From Sulfurimonadaceae bacterium (GTDB lineage: Bacteria; Campylobacterota; Campylobacteria; Campylobacterales; Sulfurimonadaceae), in the NCBI GenBank assembly GCA_041562555.1, contig JBFEXS010000056.1, positions 1 through 14,208 of the forward strand: a DNA stretch of 14,208 nucleotides, given 5' to 3'. The first letter of the stretch is position 1. Each line of letters opens with the position of its first letter. The notes under the pieces were generated by a model. It was given only the letters and a program-made list of their open reading frames with translations. It was not told where the DNA came from and made no database searches. Below, one piece after another: positions 1 through 8,052 of the stretch. The position numbers and the translations under genes are program-made.

Positions 1-21
1 ACATTTTGTTTTGTAAGACCC

Positions 22-30
22 ATTCTAGCA
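22..30 (-). promoter_or_regulatory. Candidate extended -10 promoter (TGcTAGAAT) firing leftward toward a gene outside the window
   Basis: Reverse complement of 22-30 reads TGCTAGAAT (TGn plus a 5/6 match to TATAAT), followed by GGGTC. Motif match only. Confidence 0.4.
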
Positions 31-90
31 CACATTTCTAAAAGTTTTCTTTAACTTTATAATTATTATAAATGCAAAATATAGGATTAA

Positions 91-110
91 AAGCCCCTAT
101 TTATGGGCTT
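91..110. other. Short GC-rich hairpin AAGCCC-8nt-GGGCTT in AT-rich intergenic DNA
   Basis: Perfect 6-bp inverted repeat (91-96 / 105-110). On the - strand it runs into TTTTAAT, a weak U-tract. Confidence 0.4.
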
Positions 111-117
111 CAATAAG

Positions 118-126
118 AATATACCA
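118..126 (-). promoter_or_regulatory. Candidate extended -10 (TGgTATATT), leftward
   Basis: Reverse complement reads TGGTATATT. Motif match only, in AT-rich DNA. Confidence 0.3.
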
Positions 127-225
127 TAAAGTTATATTATTATTTTTTTACAATTTTGCTACATTTTACACACGATTTGTTTCCATTTTGTATTAAACTG
201 TTTTTTAGATTTAGAGGAAAAAAGC

Positions 226-231
226 TATACT
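226..231 (+). promoter_or_regulatory. Candidate sigma70 -10 (gcTATACT) for the lipoprotein gene
   Basis: TATACT lies about 42 nt upstream of ATG 274 and is preceded by periodic T-tracts typical of Campylobacterota RpoD promoters. Confidence 0.45.
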
Positions 232-273
232 ATGAAAAATATTTATATTTAATATTACTTTTCAAGGTTATAT

Positions 274-618
274 ATGAGATTAAAAAAGCATATTACATTT
301 TCTATCATTGGGCTGATTCTTCTGAGTGGCTGTGGTGAAAAAAGGTTCAGCCTTCAATCCTATGCTGACAAATACTTCAATGACCCAAAGCAAGTCGAGG
401 CATCTGCAGAAAACAATTCCGATGATACAGTACATGAAACTACTTCTGACACAGATAGTGAGCAGATTGAAGAAGTCTCAAAGGATGAAGATGAACATTT
501 CACATTACAAAAGTTTTATGAAGAGCATATCAAAGACAAAAATCCGTCCCAAACCGATGGAGATAAGACTGAGCCAAATTATGAGAGATTGAACAGAATG
601 CCTGTTATTGGAAAATAG
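274..618 (+). CDS. Hypothetical lipoprotein, 114 aa
   Basis: Basic N-terminus MRLKKH, hydrophobic stretch, lipobox LSG|C20. AAGG RBS upstream. Acidic low-complexity middle; ends MPVIGK. Confidence 0.8.
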   Translation: MRLKKHITFSIIGLILLSGCGEKRFSLQSYADKYFNDPKQVEASAENNSDDTVHETTSDTDSEQIEEVSKDEDEHFTLQKFYEEHIKDKNPSQTDGDKTEPNYERLNRMPVIGK

Positions 619-645
619 GGTCCACTGTTCTGTGTTAGAGAATAT

Positions 646-663
646 GCAGACAGATGCGTCTGC
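646..663. terminator. Possible bidirectional terminator hairpin between the convergent lipoprotein gene and fabI
   Basis: GCAGAC-agatgc-GTCTGC, a perfect 6-bp stem between two stop codons. U-tracts are weak on both sides. Confidence 0.45.
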
Positions 664-672
664 TTAAAGTGA

Positions 673-2197
<1,525 letters not shown>

Positions 2198-2198
<1 letters not shown>

Positions 2199-3400
2199 TA
2201 TTCCTGTCCCTCGACAACCAAAGGTGCAACTCCCGGAAGAACTTTGCCTTCAAGAAGTTCTAATGATGCCCCGCCACCGGTAGAGATAAACGTCATCTCT
2301 TCATCCAGTCCGATACGTTGTACAAGGTCCGCAGTGTCACCCCCGCCAACAACCGTCGTCGCATAGGTATCCGCGATGGTATGTGCTACTTTATTTGAAC
2401 CGCGAGCAAATCTGTCCATCTCATACACGCCCATTGGACCATTCCAGAGAATCGTCTGTGCATCTGCCAATGCCTCTCTGAACAGCTTGACCGATGCCGG
2501 TCCGATATCAAGTCCCATCCAGCCTTGTGGAATCTCTTGTGCCGTTGTGATCTTTGTCACTGAATCTGCTGAAAAAGTCTGTGCCGCCACAACATCAACC
2601 GGCAGATATAACTTGACACCGCGTTTTTTTGCTTCATCCATGATATGCAAAGCATCTTCAATCAGATCATCTTCAACCAGAGAGTTACCGATATCATAGC
2701 CCAGTGCTTTCAAAAAAGTAAAAGCCATTCCCCCACCGATAAGCATCTTGTCGACCTTTGGCAGCAGGTTGATCAATGCTTCCAGCTTTCCGGACACTTT
2801 TGATCCGCCAACTACAGAAACGAACGGTCTGACCGGACGTTTGATCAAAGTACCGAAGAACTTGATCTCTTTTTGTAGCAAGAACCCGGCAGCTCTGTTT
2901 TTCGTATCAAAATGTTTCGTGATTCCTTCCACCGATGCATGTGCACGGTGAGAAACACCAAAGGCATCATTGATATATACATCAGCCATATCTGCCAAGG
3001 CCTTTGACAAACCTTCATCGTTTTTTGTCTCACCCTTTTCAAAACGCAGGTTCTCAAGAAGGATGATGTCACAACATTTCATACTTTTTACTTTAGCGAC
3101 AGCGTCTTCACCAACGACATCTTTAGCCAATGTAATCTCACGCTTAAGCAGTTGATGCAATCTTCTTTGTACCGGAGCCAAAGAGTATTTTTCAGAAAAC
3201 TCTCCCTTAGGGCGTCCCAAATGAGATGCCAGAATAATCGCACAATCCTGATCCAAACAGTAATTAATCGTTGCCATCGCTGAACGGATACGTCTGTCAT
3301 CAGTGATGTTCCCATATTCATCCATCGGTACATTAAAATCACAACGGATAAAAACTTTTTTACCTTTAAAATCTAGATCTTTGATCGAGTGTAACTGCAT
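2198..3400 (-). CDS. pgk: Phosphoglycerate kinase
   Basis: [55 protein letters not shown] and STGGGASLE motifs. Confidence 0.98.
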
Positions 3401-3424
3401 TAAAATTCCTATAGTTTTCTGAGA

Positions 3425-4417
3425 TTATTTAGAGATGTGTAGTGCCATATCGACTAAACGACAAGAGTATCCCCACTCATTGTCATACCAAGAAAGCACT
3501 TTGACAAGGTTGTCATCGATCACTTGTATCGTATCCATCACGACGACCGTACTTAGGCTCTCTCCGACAAAATCTTGTGATACACGATACTCTTCGTCAA
3601 CACCGAGAATACCTTTGTGAGATCCCTCACTTGCCTTTTTAAAAGCTTGTTGAACCATCTCAAGTGTCACTGCCTTGTCTAAAGTAACCGTTAAGTCCAC
3701 CATAGACACATCCGGCGTTGGAACCCGAATTGCCTGACCATTCAGTTTGCCTGCGAGATTCGGCAATACCTTTGAAATCGCTTTTGCAGCACCGGTTGTC
3801 GTCGGCACAAGGTTAGTTGCACCCGAACGTCCCTTACGAGGATCTTTTTTATGTTTAGCATCCAGTATCGGCTGAGATGACGTATACGAGTGTATCGTTG
3901 TCATCAGACCGTTTTTAATACCGAAGGCATCATCAAGTACTTTGGCCACAGGAGCCAGACCATTCGTTGTACATGAAGCATTTGAGACAATTGCCTCGCC
4001 TGCATAATCATTCTCATTCGCACCCAAGACAAATGTAGGAGTGTCATCTTTCGCTGGAGCTGAGAAGAGAACCTTTTTGATCCCCTTCTCCAAATACGCT
4101 TGAACACTCTCCTGTGTTAAAAATGCACCGGTACACTCAAGGACCATCTCAGCACCTTCGGCAGCAAAATCGATCTTTGCAGGATCACGTTCAGACAATA
4201 TCTTTGCACGGTTTTTTCCGATACAAAGATACCCGTCTTCCACTTTGACATCATTGCGTGTTCCATGTACAGAATCATATTTAAGGTTATAAGCGATCAT
4301 CTCATCTGAACCGCTTGCATTCACTGCCACTAGTTCTATATCATCTCTATCTGCGATAATACGTGCTACACAACGACCTATACGTCCTAATCCATTAATT
4401 GCAATTTTTAGTGCCAT
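3425..4417 (-). CDS. gap: Type I glyceraldehyde-3-phosphate dehydrogenase (GapB-like NADP signature)
   Basis: INGLGRIGR Rossmann motif, ASCTTN catalytic Cys149, TTGAAKA, RVPT, WYDNEWGY. Confidence 0.97.
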   Translation of the reverse strand: MALKIAINGLGRIGRCVARIIADRDDIELVAVNASGSDEMIAYNLKYDSVHGTRNDVKVEDGYLCIGKNRAKILSERDPAKIDFAAEGAEMVLECTGAFLTQESVQAYLEKGIKKVLFSAPAKDDTPTFVLGANENDYAGEAIVSNASCTTNGLAPVAKVLDDAFGIKNGLMTTIHSYTSSQPILDAKHKKDPRKGRSGATNLVPTTTGAAKAISKVLPNLAGKLNGQAIRVPTPDVSMVDLTVTLDKAVTLEMVQQAFKKASEGSHKGILGVDEEYRVSQDFVGESLSTVVVMDTIQVIDDNLVKVLSWYDNEWGYSCRLVDMALHISK

Positions 4418-4467
4418 AAAATATCCTGTTATAAGTGCCTGTCTTAATCGACAGAAAATATGCTGCG

Positions 4468-4476
4468 ATTATACCA
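4468..4476 (-). promoter_or_regulatory. Extended -10 (TGgTATAAT) for the gap-pgk-tpiA-fabI operon
   Basis: Perfect TGnTATAAT on the - strand, about 50 nt upstream of the gap ATG. AGGA RBS precedes the ATG. Confidence 0.7.
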
Positions 4477-4485
4477 ATTTTTGGT

Positions 4486-4491
4486 TATAAT
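4486..4491 (+). promoter_or_regulatory. -10 (TATAAT) for nadD-rsfS
   Basis: Perfect hexamer 20 nt upstream of ATG 4512, back-to-back with the gap promoter. Confidence 0.6.
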
Positions 4492-4511
4492 TCGTATAAA
4501 ATTTGGTGAAG

Positions 4512-5063
4512 ATGAAAAAAGCAATCTTTGGCGGAAGCTTCGATCCCCCTCATAGTGGGCATTTGGAGATAATACAACAAACAATAATATCTCTTAATAT
4601 AGATGAACTGATTGTCGTACCTGCCTTTTTAAATCCATTCAAATCAAAGTCTTTTGCCCCGGCAAAACTACGGTTAAAATGGTTAAAAGAGATGACAAAA
4701 TCGCTCCCTAAAGTCCGGGTGAGCTCTTTTGAAATTGATCAGAACAGAGCTGTCAGCACAATAGAGACGGTACGTCACTTCAAACAAGATGATGAGATAT
4801 ATTTGATCATAGGTGCAGACAACCTTGCCTCTTTATCTCAATGGAAGAGTTTTGAAGAACTTGATCGGCTTGTGACATGGGTTGTTGCTACACGAGATGA
4901 TATTGTCATTCCCGAGGAGTTTCTAACCCTTAAGGTTGACTATAAGATCTCGGCAACACAACTCCGGGAACAGATTGATGAAGCGTATCTGGATAAAACG
5001 GTTGCAAAAGAGATCATAGAATTTTATGACAGAAATAGACTATCTTCACCTACTAAGGAATAA
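4512..5063 (+). CDS. nadD: Nicotinate-nucleotide adenylyltransferase NadD
   Basis: IFGGSFDPPHSGH (HxGH), NPFK, IIGADN and ISATQLR motifs. ATG 4512 preferred over TTG 4503 and GTG 4506. Confidence 0.95.
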   Translation: MKKAIFGGSFDPPHSGHLEIIQQTIISLNIDELIVVPAFLNPFKSKSFAPAKLRLKWLKEMTKSLPKVRVSSFEIDQNRAVSTIETVRHFKQDDEIYLIIGADNLASLSQWKSFEELDRLVTWVVATRDDIVIPEEFLTLKVDYKISATQLREQIDEAYLDKTVAKEIIEFYDRNRLSSPTKE

Positions 5064-5064
5064 C

Positions 5065-5397
5065 ATGGAACAACGTATCGAAAAGATCTCAGCGGTCTTA
5101 GACAAGAACAAAGCAGAAAACATCGAAGTATTTGACCTCAGAGGAAAAGGATACTTCGTCGATCAAGTCGTTATCGCTACCGCACTGAACTCACGCCATA
5201 CAGAGGCACTTTTAAACTATTTGAAAACTGACCTTAAGCCGGCAGAAGAGTTTTTAGCAGTTGACGAGAGTGATGAGTGGATCGTTGCTGATCTGGGAGA
5301 TATCCTTATCCATATAATGACGCCGGAGTACCGTGTAAAATATAATATGGAAGAGTTCTTAGGTGAGGTCGCAGCACATAAACACGACGAGTTCTAA
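5065..5397 (+). CDS. rsfS: Ribosome silencing factor RsfS (Iojap/YbeB)
   Basis: LDKNKAENIEVFDL, VVIAT, WIVADLGDILIHIM...R..YNME motifs and the nadD-rsfS gene pair. ATG 5065 follows an AAGGA RBS, so the ORF-track start at 5026 is probably too long. Confidence 0.93.
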   Translation: MEQRIEKISAVLDKNKAENIEVFDLRGKGYFVDQVVIATALNSRHTEALLNYLKTDLKPAEEFLAVDESDEWIVADLGDILIHIMTPEYRVKYNMEEFLGEVAAHKHDEF

Positions 5398-5435
5398 AGA
5401 ACTTCATCTGTATTCAAATATACATCACCTTCTTC

Positions 5436-5468
5436 GGGTGAATGCCTGATCTCAGGATCCATACACCC
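5436..5468. terminator. Imperfect long hairpin between convergent rsfS and argS, possible terminator
   Basis: GGGTG-A-ATG-CCTG(ATCT)CAGG-ATC-CAT-A-CACCC, followed by TAATTT on the + strand. Confidence 0.4.
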
Positions 5469-5472
5469 TAAT

Positions 5473-7059
5473 TTACATCTTGTCTTTTGCAGTAATCCCC
5501 AGTAAAGAAAGACCTGTCTTGATCGAAAGTGCAACGACAAGGAAAAGTTTTAACAGTTTTGCTTCATGCTCTGTTCCAATGACCTTGTGATCATAATAAA
5601 ACTTATGATAGGTTGCCGCAAGACCTTTCAAATAATCTGTTAATTTTTGGACCTGACGGGAATTAAAGGCATCTTCAACAACCTCATTTAAAAGCATTGC
5701 TTCAAACAGGAGGTTGTCAGCATCCTCTCCCAGACCCTTGATCTGCGCTGCCATAATCTCTTCATGTGAAAGTTCGGATTTTTCCAAAATAGTCTGGATA
5801 CGGGCATGGGCATAATTGATATAAAAGATCGGGTTCGAGCTGTCTGTCTTTTGAAGGTCGACAAGATCGAACTCCAAAGCCGTATCGGATTTCTTGGATG
5901 CAAACATAAAGCGCAATGCATCTGCACCGATCTCTTCGACCACATCATTCATACCGATGACGGTTCCCGCACGCTTACTCATTTTAAAGGGTTCTCCATC
6001 TTTAAGAAGGGAAACCATTTGGGTAAGCTGAATATCCAGTTTCGACTCGTCATGTCCCAGGAAGCTCAACGATGCTCTGACCCGTGCCATATATCCATGA
6101 TGGTCAGCACCCCAGATATTGATACATCGGTCATAGTCTCTCTCAAACTTTTGGTTATGATAGATGATATCACCGGCCAGATAGGTTGGACGACCATCTT
6201 CACGTACGATAACCCTGTCTTTTTCATCACCTTTCTCAGATGACTTTAACCAGGTCTTACCGTCAATGACTTCGGTCCCGCCATTTTCAGTAAGCTTGTT
6301 CATCACCCTGTCCCAATCACTATAAAGACCAGCTTCCGAGACAAAAGTGTCGAAATGTACATTGATCGCATCAAGATCGGAAAGGATCATTTTCATCACC
6401 TCATCCTTAGCCCACAATGCCACTTCTTTTATCTTCTCTTCATCATGGAAGACTTCTTTTCCATAGGTGTCGGCCGCAATCTTTGCAAGCTCACTTAGAT
6501 ACTCACCGCGATAATAGTTCTCAGGGTATTCCACTGTCTCATTCAGGATATTGGCCTTACCCTCAAGGATGAGTGAGGTCCCTAGAAGATCGATCTGATT
6601 ACCGGCATCGTTTACATAATATTCAGCAGTGATATCGTGTCCGACATGACGGCCAAGACGTAAAAGTGTATCCCCGTAAACAGCACCTCGTGCATGCCCT
6701 ATATGCAGAGGACCTGTCGGATTCGCGGAGACGAATTCAAGAAGGATTTTTTCCTTCCCATCACCCTTACCAAACTCTTGTGGATTATCAAGAGCCCATG
6801 AGGCATACTCATTCAAGAAGTCTTCACTGAGCTTAAAGTTCAAATACCCTTTAACTGCTTCCACATTAGCGAACATTGCATCCTCTTTGAACATATCCAC
6901 AAGTTCCGTTGCAATGATCATTGGAGATTTTTTCAACTCTTTTGCCATTGCAAAGGCAATCGGTGTGGCGAAATGTCCAAAGGACCTGTCACGAGGTTTT
7001 TCTAAAACAATATTTTGTGAGATGCTGCTAGAAAGCAGTGCGAGGACGCGCTGCTTCAA
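5473..7059 (-). CDS. argS: Arginine--tRNA ligase
   Basis: EFVSANPTGPLHIGH (HIGH), YYVNDAGNQ, WGADHHGY, KMSKRAG, YINYAHAR. TTG start 2 nt after the tatA stop. Confidence 0.98.
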   Translation of the reverse strand: MKQRVLALLSSSISQNIVLEKPRDRSFGHFATPIAFAMAKELKKSPMIIATELVDMFKEDAMFANVEAVKGYLNFKLSEDFLNEYASWALDNPQEFGKGDGKEKILLEFVSANPTGPLHIGHARGAVYGDTLLRLGRHVGHDITAEYYVNDAGNQIDLLGTSLILEGKANILNETVEYPENYYRGEYLSELAKIAADTYGKEVFHDEEKIKEVALWAKDEVMKMILSDLDAINVHFDTFVSEAGLYSDWDRVMNKLTENGGTEVIDGKTWLKSSEKGDEKDRVIVREDGRPTYLAGDIIYHNQKFERDYDRCINIWGADHHGYMARVRASLSFLGHDESKLDIQLTQMVSLLKDGEPFKMSKRAGTVIGMNDVVEEIGADALRFMFASKKSDTALEFDLVDLQKTDSSNPIFYINYAHARIQTILEKSELSHEEIMAAQIKGLGEDADNLLFEAMLLNEVVEDAFNSRQVQKLTDYLKGLAATYHKFYYDHKVIGTEHEAKLLKLFLVVALSIKTGLSLLGITAKDKM

Positions 7060-7061
7060 GA

Positions 7062-7298
7062 CTATGCTTGTTTAGTAGTTTCAGAAGGAGCAGAAGTCTC
7101 TTCTGTAGATTCAGTTTTTTCAACTTTTTTTGGCTCATCAGATGCAACCGTCGTCGGCTCATCATCTTTCATCTCGGACTTGAAGTCTTTGATACCCTTA
7201 CCGATACCTTTTGCAAGATCAGGGATCTTTTTAGCACCAAAAAGAAGTACAACAATTCCAAAAATTAATAATAGTTCCATTCCACTAGGCATACCCAT
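7062..7298 (-). CDS. tatA: Twin-arginine translocase subunit TatA/E
   Basis: Short TM helix ending LLFG, amphipathic helix KKIPDLAKGIGKGIKDFK, charged tail. AAGGA RBS. Confidence 0.95.
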   Translation of the reverse strand: MGMPSGMELLLIFGIVVLLFGAKKIPDLAKGIGKGIKDFKSEMKDDEPTTVASDEPKKVEKTESTEETSAPSETTKQA

Positions 7299-7327
7299 GG
7301 TTATTTCCTTTAAAAAAATAGTCTTGT

Positions 7328-7333
7328 ATTTTA
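7328..7333 (-). promoter_or_regulatory. Candidate internal -10 (gaTAAAAT) for tatA-argS
   Basis: TAAAAT on the - strand about 30 nt upstream of the tatA ATG, within a 131-bp gap. Confidence 0.4.
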
Positions 7334-7429
7334 TCTCTTTCTTGCTGTAACTATACTTATTAGATTTTTCGCATCACTACAGAGCTGAATATGTCACCTA
7401 TAGCATCTACCTGAGTCCCTATAACCAGA

Positions 7430-8047
7430 TCAAGCATCCGCTTCCCAAGTACGGATAAACTCGCTGATCGAGATCGACGGCATCTTCAAGCGTGCCGCAT
7501 GGGCAATGTCTATTAACTGCTTCGCTGCCTCATCCAGGTCATCATTGATAATAAGATAATCATACTCACTGATACGCTGAACCTCTCTTGTCGCCATCTC
7601 TATACGTCTATCTATCACCTCTTGGGAGTCTGTACCCCGAGATGTCAAACGGTGCTTTAACTCCTTCAGTGAAGGGGTTGTGATAAACACGGAAGTCGTG
7701 ATGTCACCCAGACGATTCTGCACGGCATCATGCCCTTGGACATCAATATCAAAGATGACGATCTCGCCCTTTTTCAGCGCCTCTTTAACTGGTTTAATCG
7801 AGGTTCCATAATAATTCCCATGAACCAGAGCATGTTCCAAAAAGTTCTCGTCTTCAATGTCTTGTTTAAATTCATCTTCACTGACAAAATGATAATGGAC
7901 ACCTTCTTTCTCTCCCTCACGTATTGGGCGTGTTGTTGTCGATATAGAGAAATAATAGGCGCCTATCTCTTTCTCAATCTTTTTAATCAAAGAACTTTTT
8001 CCTGCTCCACTCGGTCCTGATAAAACTAAAATTGCACCGTTACTCAA
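7430..8047 (-). CDS. gmk: Guanylate kinase
   Basis: GPSGAGKS P-loop, STTTRPIREGE..GVHYHF, HGNYYGT, DIDVQG, RGTDS. TTG start with an AAGGA RBS inside the upstream gene's last codons. Confidence 0.97.
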   Translation of the reverse strand: MSNGAILVLSGPSGAGKSSLIKKIEKEIGAYYFSISTTTRPIREGEKEGVHYHFVSEDEFKQDIEDENFLEHALVHGNYYGTSIKPVKEALKKGEIVIFDIDVQGHDAVQNRLGDITTSVFITTPSLKELKHRLTSRGTDSQEVIDRRIEMATREVQRISEYDYLIINDDLDEAAKQLIDIAHAARLKMPSISISEFIRTWEADA

Positions 8048-8052
8048 ATTTT

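Noticed and set aside
156..338. 60-aa ORF overlapping the lipoprotein start, and the 88-aa ORF 326..592
   Set aside because: The first starts at TTG in AT-rich promoter DNA; both overlap a better-supported lipoprotein in another frame.
5026..5064. N-terminal extension of RsfS in the ORF track
   Set aside because: Overlaps nadD. ATG 5065 has a good AAGGA RBS and matches the expected family start.
7371..7428. Degenerate direct repeat (GCATC..TAC..GAG...CCTATA twice) and a TAGGTGACA match to the SP6 promoter core in the gmk-tatA gap
   Set aside because: Too short and degenerate to exceed chance. No regular repeat-spacer structure, so not CRISPR, and no phage context.
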